64,000 nt of DNA from an uncultured Acidobacteriota bacterium (lineage in GTDB: Bacteria > Acidobacteriota > UBA6911 > RPQK01 > JAPXNP01), in assembly GCA_963777605.1 (NCBI GenBank), contig CAVZRV010000007.1, positions 992,001-1,056,000 on the forward strand, read 5' to 3'. Shown piece after piece: positions 40,094 to 50,843 of this stretch (position 1 is its first letter; every line of letters starts with the position of its first letter). Below the pieces are notes generated by a model. The model did no database searches and was not told the origin of the DNA. It was given only the letters and a program-made list of their open reading frames with translations. The position numbers and the translations under genes are program-made.

Positions 40094-41021
40094 CCTCGAC
40101 AAGAACGTCAAACTCGATTTCTACGAGCAGATCAAGGGGCAACTCCTTTCCGCAATCTACTGCGGGAAAGTGAAAGGGGGAGACCGGCTGCCGTCGATTC
40201 GGGAACTCGCCGAAGCCCTCGAGGTCAACTACAAGACGATTCGCAGGGTCTATTTGCAACTCTCGCAGGAAGGCTACGTCGAACTCGTCAAGGGGAGTGG
40301 GGCCTTCCTCAAGAAGCGCAGCGGCGAGGATACCTACGAGCAGATGCGCCGGCACGCGATCTTCCGGCTGCTTCGGGAGGTTTCCGAGAAAGCCCGGGGG
40401 TTGGGCATGTCCCAAGAGCGATTTGCCCGAATCTTTCTCAGTTACTCCACCGGGACGAATCTGCGGACCCTGAAGCTCGGAGTCGTTGACCACGAGGAAG
40501 AGGCCTATATTTTCTCTCGGGAACTCCGGATGCGCCTGGCGGCCGATGTTTCCGCGGTCACGCTGGGTCGAGAGCAGGAGTCACGACAGGAACTCGAAGA
40601 GGCCGACTATCTGCTCACTACCAGCTACCACATGGGGGAGGTCCGGGCCCTCGCTGAGGAGTTGGGAAAGGAGTTCGTCGAAATCAAGCCCAGTCACGAG
40701 ATCTACACGGAGATACTCGAGGCCGCCCGGAACCACAACATCGCGATCGTCATCAAAGACGAGAAGACGATGCATGCGTCCTGGGACATCTTCATGAACC
40801 TCTATCACCCGTCGACGACGAAGCGGTTCTGGATCGCCCCGATTGATCGTGAGGACCTGATTCAGCACATTGTCGAGGAAGCCGACCTGATCTTCGTGTC
40901 GCCCATGGTGTGGGACGAGATGCGACGGCGGACGCCTTCCGGTAAAGAACTGAAAACCTACGAGAATTTCATTTCCGAGAGCACCATCAACTATTTGAAG
41001 GAACTCCAGTTGCTCGCCTGA
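40080..41021 (+). CDS. GntR family transcriptional regulator with a long C-terminal domain
   Basis: YEQIK..., [24 protein letters not shown]...G....GSG. Confidence 0.85.
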   Translation: MIRFNLDKNVKLDFYEQIKGQLLSAIYCGKVKGGDRLPSIRELAEALEVNYKTIRRVYLQLSQEGYVELVKGSGAFLKKRSGEDTYEQMRRHAIFRLLREVSEKARGLGMSQERFARIFLSYSTGTNLRTLKLGVVDHEEEAYIFSRELRMRLAADVSAVTLGREQESRQELEEADYLLTTSYHMGEVRALAEELGKEFVEIKPSHEIYTEILEAARNHNIAIVIKDEKTMHASWDIFMNLYHPSTTKRFWIAPIDREDLIQHIVEEADLIFVSPMVWDEMRRRTPSGKELKTYENFISESTINYLKELQLLA

Positions 41022-41035
41022 GCGAGCCGATTGCC

Positions 41036-42106
41036 ATGAACAGGGTGCTGGACCAGCTGCTCATTGCTCTTCCCAAGGCTGAACTGCACCTGCACCTGGA
41101 AGGGTCGGTCAGCCGGGATCGAATGGGTGGGTTCGCGGCAAAGTACGCTGCTGCTCTTTTGGATGCGGGTTTGGCCAACCCGGCGGAGGCGGTGTACCAG
41201 TTCAAGGACTTTCCGGGGTTCCTCGCTGCCTACAAGACAGTCTGCCTCCACCTGCGGTCGCTGGAAGACTACCTGTTGCTGTTGAAAGATCTGGAAGCCT
41301 ACTTCTTGGCGGAGAACATCCGCTATGCCGAAGTCCTGTTTACGCCTTCGATCCCCTGGAAATTCGGATTCGACGGACGAGAGATCCTGTCTGCCCTGGT
41401 GGAAGAATCGGCTCGATTCGAAAAGGAAAGTGGCTGTCCGATCCGGTGGATTCTCGACTGCGTGCGTCAGTTCGGGCGGGAATCGGCGGAGCGCACGGCG
41501 GAACTGGCTTCGGAGTTCAGGGAGCGCGGTGTGGTGGCTGTCGGTCTTGGTGGAGACGAGATTTCCCTGCCCGCTTCGGAGTTCGAGGAGGTGTTTGCCT
41601 GGAGTCGGGCTCATCAATTGTATGTCCATGTTCATGCTGGCGAGACTGGTGGGCCGAAGGAGGTCTGGGAGGCGCTCCAGGTACTGGGAGCCAACCGGAT
41701 CGGCCACGGCATCCAGGCGGCCAGGGATCCGAAGCTGATGGAATACCTTCGTCTTCGAGCGGTAGGGCTGGATGTCTGCTTGACCAGCAACGTGCGTACT
41801 CGATCCTGGCCGCTGCTGGGAGACCATCCCCTGCCTCTTCTGATGAAGAGGGGAGTTCCGATCAGCCTCAACACCGACGATCCAGGCTTATTCGAAACCC
41901 GGCTCTCTCTTGAGCTGCGCAAGGCGATCCAGACGTTTTCCTTGACAGCCGATGATTTGAGCCGGATTCTCATCCAGGGAGTGCGTTCGTCCTTTCTCCC
42001 ACACGAACGGAAGATGGCCCTCATGCAGCAGTTCGGTGACGAAATCAGCCGGCGCCTCGAGCCCTGGCCGGCCGGCCGCAAGGAAGAGGGGTTGGCTGAG
42101 CAATGA
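41036..42106 (+). CDS. add: Adenosine deaminase
   Basis: LPKAELHLHLEGS, HAGE, RIGHG, SLNTDDP. Confidence 0.9.
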   Translation: MNRVLDQLLIALPKAELHLHLEGSVSRDRMGGFAAKYAAALLDAGLANPAEAVYQFKDFPGFLAAYKTVCLHLRSLEDYLLLLKDLEAYFLAENIRYAEVLFTPSIPWKFGFDGREILSALVEESARFEKESGCPIRWILDCVRQFGRESAERTAELASEFRERGVVAVGLGGDEISLPASEFEEVFAWSRAHQLYVHVHAGETGGPKEVWEALQVLGANRIGHGIQAARDPKLMEYLRLRAVGLDVCLTSNVRTRSWPLLGDHPLPLLMKRGVPISLNTDDPGLFETRLSLELRKAIQTFSLTADDLSRILIQGVRSSFLPHERKMALMQQFGDEISRRLEPWPAGRKEEGLAEQ

Positions 42107-43044
42107 AGCTGATCATTCAGATTCCCTGTCGCAACGAAGCCCAGACACTGCCCCGGACGGTGGCTGACCTTCCCCGCGTTGTCCCGGGTTTCGACACAGT
42201 GGAATACCTGATCGTTGATGACGGGAGCACCGACGGAACGAGTGAAGTGGCTCGACAGTGTGGAGTCCACCACGTCATTCGGCTCAGCACTCATCTCGGC
42301 TTGGCCGAGGCCTTCCGGTCGGGGTTGGACGCCTGCCTCAAGCGCGCGGCGGACGTAATCGTCAACACCGACGGTGACAATCAATATGTTGGAGCCGATA
42401 TCGTCCGGTTGGTCGAGCCGATCATCGAACAGCGGGCCGACATGGTGGTGGGGGCGAGGCCGATAGAAGAGATCGCCCATTTCTCCACGCTCAAAAAGTT
42501 TCTCCAGCGAATAGGCAGCCGCATCGTCCGCCAGGTTTCGAATACCACGGTCCTCGATGCGACCAGTGGCTTCAGGGCATTTACCCGGCATGCCGCGCTG
42601 CGCCTCAATGTATTCACCCAGTACACCTACACTCTGGAAACCCTGATTCAGGCCGGGCTTTCGAACATGAAAGTAGTCTCGGTCCCGATCCGGACCAACG
42701 CGCCGCTTCGTGAGTCCCGGCTGATCAGCAACATCCCGTCCTACATTCAGCGGTCGGTCTTCACCATGCTGCGGATTTTTGTCCTCTACAAGCCGCTGAG
42801 GTTCTTCGTCAGTGTCGGCGGAGCGGTATTCGGAACCGGTTTTCTGATCGGGATGCGTTTCCTCTACTACTACCTGGTCGGGCAGGGAGACGGAAAAATC
42901 CAATCGCTGATTCTCGCCGCCGTTCTGCTGATTATGGGCGTGCAGTTGGGGATTGCGGGACTGCTGTCCGACCTCATCGCGACCAACCGGCGGATTCTCG
43001 AGGAGGTGCAGGTGCAGGAAAGGGAACGGCAACTGGAAGGGTAA
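42103..43044 (+). CDS. Glycosyltransferase family 2 (DPM1-like) with C-terminal TMs
   Basis: IPCRNE, VDDGSTD, DGDNQY, SGFRAF. Confidence 0.9.
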   Translation: MKLIIQIPCRNEAQTLPRTVADLPRVVPGFDTVEYLIVDDGSTDGTSEVARQCGVHHVIRLSTHLGLAEAFRSGLDACLKRAADVIVNTDGDNQYVGADIVRLVEPIIEQRADMVVGARPIEEIAHFSTLKKFLQRIGSRIVRQVSNTTVLDATSGFRAFTRHAALRLNVFTQYTYTLETLIQAGLSNMKVVSVPIRTNAPLRESRLISNIPSYIQRSVFTMLRIFVLYKPLRFFVSVGGAVFGTGFLIGMRFLYYYLVGQGDGKIQSLILAAVLLIMGVQLGIAGLLSDLIATNRRILEEVQVQERERQLEG

Positions 43045-43682
43045 TGACTCAAGCGGACGGAATCGTACTGGGCAACGTCTACAACAAGTATGAATCGCGC
43101 AATCCGCTGGCCCGGTGGATGCTTCAGAACTACCTTGCGGCATTTCACGAACTGATTAGCTGCCTTGATCCTGTGCGAGTCCTGGAGGTGGGCTGTGGTG
43201 AGGGATATCTGGGACAGGTTCTTTCAGACTGGCTTCCCGGCGCTCAGATAGCCGGAATAGACTTGTCACCCGGGCTTTTTACGACATCGTCCCGTTCCCC
43301 GGAGAATCTCCACTTTGCCGCCCAGTCGGCGTACCAATTGGGCTTCCCCCGAGCGCATTTCGATCTCGTCGTCGGCGCCGAGGTCCTTGAGCATCTCGAT
43401 GATCCGGAGACAGCGCTTGCCGAGATTGACCGGGTGGCCGGTGGCCACATTCTGGTCAGTGTTCCGCGGGAACCCCTGTGGCGAGTGTTGAACGTCGCTC
43501 GACTCAGTTACCTCAGGGATTTGGGCAACACTCCCGGACACCTGCAGCACTGGTCGAGTCGCCGATTCGAACGCCTCATCGCCCGCCGGTTCGACGTGCT
43601 CAGTGTGCGCAGACCCATCCCCTGGACGATGATCCTGGCCCGGAAAAGGGGTTCGGCAGGGGGCACCGGGCCCGATTCCTGA
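43044..43682 (+). CDS. Class I SAM-dependent methyltransferase
   Basis: VLEVGCGEG, EVLEHL, SVPREP. Confidence 0.88.
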   Translation: MTQADGIVLGNVYNKYESRNPLARWMLQNYLAAFHELISCLDPVRVLEVGCGEGYLGQVLSDWLPGAQIAGIDLSPGLFTTSSRSPENLHFAAQSAYQLGFPRAHFDLVVGAEVLEHLDDPETALAEIDRVAGGHILVSVPREPLWRVLNVARLSYLRDLGNTPGHLQHWSSRRFERLIARRFDVLSVRRPIPWTMILARKRGSAGGTGPDS

Positions 43683-43791
43683 CCAGCTGAGTTCCCGCTG
43701 AAAAAGGATCAGCGGATCTGGTAGCAGCCGACCGATTATCGTGGTATGAAGGGGATCTAACCAAAAACAAGTAGATTTGGAGATCTGGAAG

Positions 43792-44487
43792 ATGGCAACT
43801 AGCGAATCCGCGTTCTGGTCGACGCTCGCCAGGAAGTTCCTTCTGGCACTGACCGGCCTCTGTCTGTTCGGATTTGTGTGCGTTCACCTGGCGGGCAATC
43901 TCCTCCTCTTCGTCGGAGCGGATGCCTTCAACCAGTACTCTCACAAACTGATCAGCCTCGGGCCGGCCCTTTACGTGGTCGAAGGCATCCTGGCCGCACT
44001 CTTTCTCGTTCACATGTACACCGCAATCACCGTGACCTGGGGGAACTGGCAGGCGCGGACCAACCGATACGTCAAGTCGGAAAGTCGGGGTGGCCCGAGT
44101 CGCATGACGATCTCTTCCAAGACCATGATCTGGACGGGTCTGCTCCTGCTGGCCTTCACGATCGTCCATCTGGTCACCTTCAAGTACGGTCCGGGGATCA
44201 GTGAGGGCTACGTCACGACGATCGACGGGCAGCAGGTGCGTGATCTCTACCGCCTGGTCGTGGAGTCGTTCCAGAATCCGCTCTATTCCCTCTACTACGT
44301 CGTTTCGATGGCGTTCCTCGGATTTCACCTCCGCCATGGCTTTTGGAGTGCGATTCAGTCGCTCGGCGGCTATCATCCCCGCTTGACCCCGGTGGTCTAC
44401 GGGCTGGGCCTGGTCGCTGCGGTTGTGCTCGGCGTCGGGTTCCTGGTGATTCCGGTCTGGTTCTTCTTTGGAGGTTCGGCGATATGA
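43792..44487 (+). CDS. sdhC: Succinate dehydrogenase cytochrome b subunit
   Basis: Five TMs with heme His ligands ([14 protein letters not shown]); first gene of the sdhCAB cluster. Confidence 0.92.
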   Translation: MATSESAFWSTLARKFLLALTGLCLFGFVCVHLAGNLLLFVGADAFNQYSHKLISLGPALYVVEGILAALFLVHMYTAITVTWGNWQARTNRYVKSESRGGPSRMTISSKTMIWTGLLLLAFTIVHLVTFKYGPGISEGYVTTIDGQQVRDLYRLVVESFQNPLYSLYYVVSMAFLGFHLRHGFWSAIQSLGGYHPRLTPVVYGLGLVAAVVLGVGFLVIPVWFFFGGSAI

Positions 44488-46397
44488 AGCTCGATTCCAA
44501 AATTCCCGCAGGGCCCATCAGCGAAAAGTGGGATCATCACAAGGCCAACCTGAAGCTGGTGAACCCGGCCAACAAGCGGAAGTTCGACATCATCGTGGTC
44601 GGTACCGGTCTGGCGGGTGCGTCCGCCGCGGCCAGTCTGGCCGAACTGGGTTACAACGTACAAGCGTTTTGCATTCACGATTCTCCCCGCCGTGCCCACA
44701 GCATCGCGGCCCAGGGCGGGATCAACGCGGCCAAGGATTACCCCAACGACAACGACAGCGTCTGGAGGCTCTTTTACGACACGGTCAAAGGCGGCGACTT
44801 CCGTGCCCGGGAGGCCAACGTCTACCGGCTCGCCCAGGTCAGCAATCTGATCATCGATCAGTGTGTCGCCCAGGGGGTGCCGTTCGCCCGCGAGTACGGC
44901 GGGTACCTCGACAACCGCTCCTTCGGTGGCGCTCAGGTGTCGCGGACCTTCTACGCACGGGGCCAGACGGGCCAGCAGCTTCTCCTGGGCGCCTACAGTG
45001 CGTTGATGCGCCAGGTCGAGCGCGGCAAGGTTCAGATCTACCCGCGGCGGGAAATGCTGGACCTGGTGCTGGTGGACGGAAAGGCCCGGGGTATCGTTGT
45101 TCGAAACCTGATCACCGGCGAAATCGAGGCGTATGAGGCGGAGGCGGTCGTCCTGGCGACCGGTGGCTACGGAAATACCTACTACCTGTCGACCAATGCC
45201 ATGAATTCCAACGCAACCGCCGTCTGGCGTTGCCACCGGCGCGGAGCCTTCTTTGCCAACCCCTGCTTCACCCAGATCCACCCGACCTGCATTCCGGTCT
45301 CGGGACACTACCAGTCCAAGCTCACGCTGATGAGTGAGAGCCTGAGAAACGACGGGCGAGTCTGGGTGCCGAAGACGAAAGGGGACAAACGTCCGCCCCG
45401 CGACATCCCGGAAGGGGAGCGAGACTACTACCTGGAGCGGCGTTACCCGAGTTTCGGAAACCTGGTGCCCCGCGATGTCGCGTCCCGTGCGGCAAAACAG
45501 TCCTGCGACGAAGGACAGGGGGTCGGTTCCACCGGATTGGCGGTTTACCTGGATTTCGCCGATGCCATCGCGCGGGAAGGCGCCGGCTACATCAAGGACA
45601 AGTACGGCAATCTGTTCGACATGTACGAGCGCATTACCGGCGAGGATCCCTACCAGACTCCGATGCGGATCTACCCTGCCGTGCACTACACCATGGGCGG
45701 TCTCTGGGTTGACTACAACCTGATGAGCAGCGTGCCCGGACTGTTCGTTCTGGGAGAGGCCAACTTCTCGGATCACGGGGCGAACCGGCTTGGAGCCAGT
45801 GCCCTGATGCAGGGCCTCGCCGACGGCTACTTCGTCATTCCCATCACGATTGCCGGCTACCTCGCTTCGGCCAGCCTGCCGGCGGTCAAGGCCGATTCCC
45901 CTGAGTTCCGTTCGACGGTGGAAGAGGTGCGGGGCCGCATCGACCGGCTGCTCTCCACGGGCGGGAAAAAGTCGCCGCGCGAGTTCCACCGCGACCTGGG
46001 GCACATCATGTGGGAATACGTCGGAATGGGGCGTAACGCCGAAGGGCTCAGGAAGGCGGCCGGAGAAATCCGAAGCCTTCGCGAGGAGTTCTGGCAGAAC
46101 CTTCATGTTCCCGGATCAGCCGACTACCTCAACAAGTACCTGGAGTTTGCAGGCCGAGTAGCAGACTACCTGGAACTGGGCGAACTGATGGCCCTGGATG
46201 CCCTGAATCGGAAGGAATCGTGCGGAGGGCACTTCAGGGAAGAGTACCAGACACCCGAGGGTGAGGCGCTCCGGGACGATGAGAAGTTCGCTTACGTGGC
46301 GGCCTGGGAGTTCAAGGGCCTGGACAAGGATCCGGAACTCCACAAGGAAGAACTGACATTCGAGAACGTGAAGCTGACCACTCGGAGTTACAAGTAG
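44484..46397 (+). CDS. sdhA: Succinate dehydrogenase / fumarate reductase flavoprotein
   Basis: [41 protein letters not shown]. Confidence 0.96.
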   Translation: MKLDSKIPAGPISEKWDHHKANLKLVNPANKRKFDIIVVGTGLAGASAAASLAELGYNVQAFCIHDSPRRAHSIAAQGGINAAKDYPNDNDSVWRLFYDTVKGGDFRAREANVYRLAQVSNLIIDQCVAQGVPFAREYGGYLDNRSFGGAQVSRTFYARGQTGQQLLLGAYSALMRQVERGKVQIYPRREMLDLVLVDGKARGIVVRNLITGEIEAYEAEAVVLATGGYGNTYYLSTNAMNSNATAVWRCHRRGAFFANPCFTQIHPTCIPVSGHYQSKLTLMSESLRNDGRVWVPKTKGDKRPPRDIPEGERDYYLERRYPSFGNLVPRDVASRAAKQSCDEGQGVGSTGLAVYLDFADAIAREGAGYIKDKYGNLFDMYERITGEDPYQTPMRIYPAVHYTMGGLWVDYNLMSSVPGLFVLGEANFSDHGANRLGASALMQGLADGYFVIPITIAGYLASASLPAVKADSPEFRSTVEEVRGRIDRLLSTGGKKSPREFHRDLGHIMWEYVGMGRNAEGLRKAAGEIRSLREEFWQNLHVPGSADYLNKYLEFAGRVADYLELGELMALDALNRKESCGGHFREEYQTPEGEALRDDEKFAYVAAWEFKGLDKDPELHKEELTFENVKLTTRSYK

Positions 46398-46408
46398 GGA
46401 GTCAATTC

Positions 46409-47182
46409 ATGGCGCAGAGTATGACGATTCACCTTCGCGTTTGGAGGCAGCCTGGTCCCGGACAGGAAGGGCGGCTGGTCCCGTACACCGTGAAGAATGC
46501 TTCACCCGACATGTCCTTTCTCGAGCTGCTCGATCTGCTCAACGAGGATATTGTGGCGCAGGGCCAGGAACCGATCGAGTTCGAGAGCGATTGCCGGGAG
46601 GGGATCTGTGGTTCGTGCGGAGCGGTAGTCAACGGGCAGGCACACGGCACTCAACGAGGATCGGCCTTGTGTCAGCTTCACATGAGGCATTTCAAGGACG
46701 GCGATACCATCGTGGTGGAACCCTGGCGGGCCAAGGCGTTCCCGATCATCCGGGACCTCGTGGTGGACCGGAGCGCGTTTGACCGGATCATCGCGGCGGG
46801 AGGCTACGTCTCCGTCAACACCGGCCAGGCTCCCGACGCCAATGTCACGGCCGTGCCTCGGGAGAATGCTGAACTGGCAATGGACGCTGCGGCCTGCATC
46901 GGATGCGGGGCCTGTGTCGCAGCCTGTCCCAACGCCTCCGCGGCCCTCTTCACGTCGGCCAAGATCAGCCAGTTTGCCCTTTTGCCCCAGGGCCACCCGG
47001 AGCGGGAGCGGCGGGTCCTCAAAATGGTCCGTCAAATGGACCTCGAGGCCTTCGGCAACTGTTCGAACCACGGCGAATGCGAGGCCGTTTGTCCCAAGGA
47101 AATCACCATCGGCAACATTGCCCGGATGAGGCGGGAGTACCTGCGGGCGCTGGCCAAGCTCGGACGAACTGAGAGTATCTGA
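46409..47182 (+). CDS. sdhB: Succinate dehydrogenase iron-sulfur subunit
   Basis: [34 protein letters not shown]. Confidence 0.96.
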   Translation: MAQSMTIHLRVWRQPGPGQEGRLVPYTVKNASPDMSFLELLDLLNEDIVAQGQEPIEFESDCREGICGSCGAVVNGQAHGTQRGSALCQLHMRHFKDGDTIVVEPWRAKAFPIIRDLVVDRSAFDRIIAAGGYVSVNTGQAPDANVTAVPRENAELAMDAAACIGCGACVAACPNASAALFTSAKISQFALLPQGHPERERRVLKMVRQMDLEAFGNCSNHGECEAVCPKEITIGNIARMRREYLRALAKLGRTESI

Positions 47183-47261
47183 AGGTGGGCGCCCTCTCCA
47201 GTAGAGGGGCCTCCCGACTTGCGGAGGCGAGGTGCTCTCTGCTAATTTTCTGCAGGATCAG

Positions 47262-47351
47262 GGAGGGGTGGCCGAGTGGTTTAAGGCGGCGGTCTTGAAA
47301 ACCGCTGTACGGGTAACCGTACCGTGGGTTCGAATCCCACCCCCTCCGCCA
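47262..47351 (+). tRNA. tRNA-Ser(TGA)
   Basis: GGAGGGG/CCCCTCC acceptor stem plus GCCA; anticodon arm GCGGT-CTTGAAA-ACCGC; long variable arm; GTTCGAATC T-loop. Confidence 0.97.
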
Positions 47352-47393
47352 ACCTCTTTCAATGCAACAGTTTAAAACGGCCTCTGTTGCAGC

Positions 47394-48030
47394 TCACACA
47401 GCCTCCGCAATTTCCCCGGAACGATGTATCCGCTTTGTATCCGCTCCCCCTTGGAGGACTCGCAGTATCCGCCGGGAAGAATGCTCCGGTGAAAACTGCG
47501 CGTAGTGCTGCTCAGTAGTCGCCACGCTGGAGTGACCGAGTACTTGCTGGATGTCGTGCATTGACGCACTTTGTTCGGCAAGACGGATCGCGTAGTGTCT
47601 GCGGAGGTCCTTGACGAGCAGGTCAGGGATTCCTGCCTCTTCTCTGGCCTCATCCCAAGGTCTTCTGCACTGACGCCACCGAGTCTTCGTCTTCGGGTTG
47701 TAGAAGACGTAAGGACAATCGTCCAGTCTGGGCAGTACTTTTGTGGCTTCGAGTGCAGCTTCGGTGAGCGGCACATACCGGTACTTCCTCGACTTCGTGT
47801 TGTCAGAAAACACGACCATCCGTTGTTCTTCCTGAATCTGCCAGTGCTGAAGGCTCAAGGCTTCCTCACTGCGACACCCGGTCTCCCGCATGAAAACGTA
47901 CAGGGGGCGGAACAGGGGGCGAAGTCTTATCAATCACCGCTTGAATCTGCTCATCCGTGAACCGGGGACGTTCATTGCGATCCTCCCGCAACAACTTGAA
48001 CCGGGCGATCGGATTGGCTTTCGCCAGCCT
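47394..48030 (-). pseudogene. Tyrosine integrase, 5'-truncated, with a frameshift near 47925
   Basis: ETGCRSEE, TKSRK, KDLRR, LGHSS, TEQHYA; upstream frame NPIARFKLLREDRNERPRF is cut off near 48040. Confidence 0.85.
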
Positions 48031-48039
48031 GCTCAGCGA

Positions 48040-48072
48040 CAACTACATTTCCCGGGTAGGGAAATGTAGTTG
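48040..48072. repeat. Perfect 14-bp inverted repeat
   Basis: CAACTACATTTCCC-gggta-GGGAAATGTAGTTG. Confidence 0.85.
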
Positions 48073-48410
48073 ACGTCGGGGACCCGACGACACGCCAGAG
48101 ACTCGAAGCCTTCGCCGGAAGCGTTGACTGGGACGTTCCGCACCCCCTGCACCGGAGGAAGTTCCACAAGTTCGTGCTGGAAGCCTTTAAGCAGGGGGAC
48201 CTCTCCTTGTCCGCACCGGAAATCGAGCAGGTCGTGGTGGGGCATTGCGGGACCCGCCCAAGGCACCTCGATGAGTGGATCAGGGACTACCGGCGAGGCA
48301 TTGAGCTGCTTCGAGTCGAGCAATCTTCGTGATCCCGTATGTTGACACCGCTGCTAAGGTCAACAGGAAGCATGGCACGCCGAGACCGAACAACTGTGAG
48401 AGATAGAGAT

Positions 48411-48767
48411 ATGAATTTTGTGTGTCCGAAGCCGATACCTTGGGCTGACATCCGCTCGGCCCTGTATAGAGAATGGAAATCGTCATTTCAGGACGATGAC
48501 CCTCCACCGAAGCCCTTGATCTTGGGCGGCTGGGTCGGCTCCTGCGATGTGGAAAAAGGCTTGAGATGGCAGGAGACTGTCGAGTGGGCCTCTGCTCGTG
48601 GACTGAGCCACCTGATCCCCGATCTGACCGACGACGAGAAGTACTTCGGCGGCAGGAGGTTCTGGGAGCCAGTGCTTGGAGAGCAGTTCGAAAAGCCCAA
48701 GCGGAAACCAGCGCCGGATGAAACGACGCGGCACCTGATCCACCTTCAGGAGAACTGGCCGCTGTGA
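48411..48767 (+). CDS. Hypothetical protein, possibly truncated
   Basis: Protein-like composition (CPKPIPW...PPKPLILGGW...RWQETVEWA); ATG preceded by a purine-rich tract. Confidence 0.5.
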   Translation: MNFVCPKPIPWADIRSALYREWKSSFQDDDPPPKPLILGGWVGSCDVEKGLRWQETVEWASARGLSHLIPDLTDDEKYFGGRRFWEPVLGEQFEKPKRKPAPDETTRHLIHLQENWPL

Positions 48768-49318
48768 TCGCTCATACAAGCCGCCTTGGGGAGACTGGAA
48801 CTGGGGAAGTCAGAGTCCCAGAGCATTCACGCGGTTCCGGAAGCAGATCAATGAGGCGCTGTCGCCCCATGGGGTGGATCACGTCTGGTTCAGGGACCAC
48901 CCGTCTTACGAATAGCCGGGCCGATCCTTGACATCGTCGGCGAAGGCCCTGAGATTAGAACGTTGCATGGAGCCGAGCGAGAAACCGAACAACGCGGACA
49001 TCAAGGTTGATAGCGCACTCCCTGTCCACGCTAAAGAAGCACTGGGTCTGCAACTCGGCGATGAGGTTGTCTGGACCGATGCTCCGCGCAGGGTGCTGGG
49101 GACAGATGGCCGATGGCGTATTGCTGTCGAGCCCGGAATGCGAGGTCGGGTCCTGTCGGTCCACGAGGGCTCCAACATCAAACCGGACAGTGTCGGCTGG
49201 GGCACCCCAGCATGGGCCATTGTGCGGTTCGGAAATGATGGAAGTTCGACCGAGGGTTTTGGAGGGGCCAGCCCACAGGCCGACCCCCACGGACTATCCT
49301 TAATAGCCTCCCTCTGGA

Positions 49319-49912
49319 CTAGTTTGTGCAGGTCAGGCGAGGTCCTTTCTCTACTTGGGGAATGGCAACGGGGCAGTCATCCGGCAGGCAATATGGTGCA
49401 TCCTTCTTCAGGACTTTCCATCGGCGAACAACGTTGAAGTCAACCATTCCTGAGTCGCAGATCCCGGCGTTATCGTACAGGGTTCCGGTCAGCGTACCTC
49501 CCCAACTATTTGTCCTGTTGCCGCTGAGTTCGCTGTCGTTATCGTTCCAAACGCCGTACACGATCCCTTCCGCAAGAATCCGTGACGGGTCGTTTACCAA
49601 AGCACAACCTTCCGAGAAGAGGTCGTCCAAAGTCGCGGAGAAGACGAGGGTGAAATAGTTTCCTTGGTCCTTGTACTTAATACTCCCATCGGGCCGGGTT
49701 ATCGTCATCCACTCTAAAGGATCATGCTCGCCGGGTGCGCAGAAGAACGTCGGTCTAGTAGAGTGTAATGAAAGCACGTTACCCCCATCCCAGAACCATG
49801 CAAGCATAGGTGTCTCCCCCGAATCCTTCACGGCTCCATTCTGCGCCGAGACCGGCAATAAGAGCAGGACGACGACGACCGTTGCCAATAGCACAATCCA
49901 CCATTTGTTCAT
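49319..49912 (-). CDS. Secreted hypothetical protein
   Basis: AAGGGG RBS; MNKWWIVLLATVVVVLLLLPVSAQ signal peptide; six Cys. Confidence 0.7.
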   Translation of the reverse strand: MNKWWIVLLATVVVVLLLLPVSAQNGAVKDSGETPMLAWFWDGGNVLSLHSTRPTFFCAPGEHDPLEWMTITRPDGSIKYKDQGNYFTLVFSATLDDLFSEGCALVNDPSRILAEGIVYGVWNDNDSELSGNRTNSWGGTLTGTLYDNAGICDSGMVDFNVVRRWKVLKKDAPYCLPDDCPVAIPQVEKGPRLTCTN

Positions 49913-50625
49913 CTCATTCCCCCTTTTGATTGACGCAACAACTAAGAGCACGGACTCCTTTATCTGCTGAAGCGAGGGGCTTCCGGATACCCTCGCGAAT
50001 CAGTCAGGAATCGCAACTCTACAGCTCAAGAATCAGGAGGCAGACGAAGAACTCCGGTCATTGGACGGGGCGTGCAGTTGTGTGACTTCGCTTATTGAAG
50101 TCCAGCGGGCAATTGGTGACGAGCCCAGATGCAGAAGAGCCAGAGACGGGAATGCAACAATTAGCATGTAGTTTTCCCCTTTGTTGATATTGCAAGCAAC
50201 TTTCGGACCGAAAAGGGACCTTGACGTTCCGCCGCAGATTCTAAGAATGGAATAGAGTCCTAAAACGCTCATTCACAGCAGCTTGTAAGAGTTACACTCA
50301 AAGTAACGAACCACTGAGTTGTTAAATTGTGAAACTTTTGTATTCACCTCAATGTAAGGTTTCCCGACAATTCTGGCGGAGGACTTGGGATTGGGCCTAA
50401 GGGGGTTGGCCCGATCAACAAGTGCAGTCCTCCGCGCCGGATCTGAGAGAAGGCATACCCACCCGGCTTTCTCCAACGAGTCGAATGGAGAGATCGCCTC
50501 GGTGGATCACACCATGAAGTGGGAGAAACTGGGCTCAACTTCAGACCCAAGTTGACCGGGAAGTCGCCGAAGGCGGCCTGATCCCGGAATCCCGGCCAAT
50601 TCTCAAAACTCTTCTACTTTTTCCA

Positions 50626-50665
50626 ATTTCCAATCCAATAGTTGGATTTCCTTGGGATGCTGGGA
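50626..50665 (+). repeat. 40-bp direct repeat, copy 1
   Basis: ATTTCCAATCCAATAGTTGGATTTCCTTGGGATGCTGGGA, identical at 53082-53121. Confidence 0.9.
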
Positions 50666-50843
50666 TTGAGGTTGGCCCGAGCGGGCGAGTTGACCACGAA
50701 AACGCACTACCTCACAATGCCGGATTCTGCCTTGTGTGTTTCCGGGTCATGCGCTAGAACTAAACCGTGATTCGTAGATTGGGACATGATTGGGACCTCT
50801 GTTTCGGGGTCGAATCAGTTCCTGCTGCGAAACGGACGTGCCT

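Noticed and set aside
38810-46106. Long antisense ORFs (e.g. 38810-40111, 41632-43143, 44397-46106)
   Set aside because: Shadow frames of well-supported GC-rich genes on the opposite strand, with no recognisable motifs
50195-50212. Minus-strand sigma54 promoter (CGGTCCGAAAGTTGCT)
   Set aside because: The spacing fits but the -24 box is poor and the ORF just downstream is unconvincing
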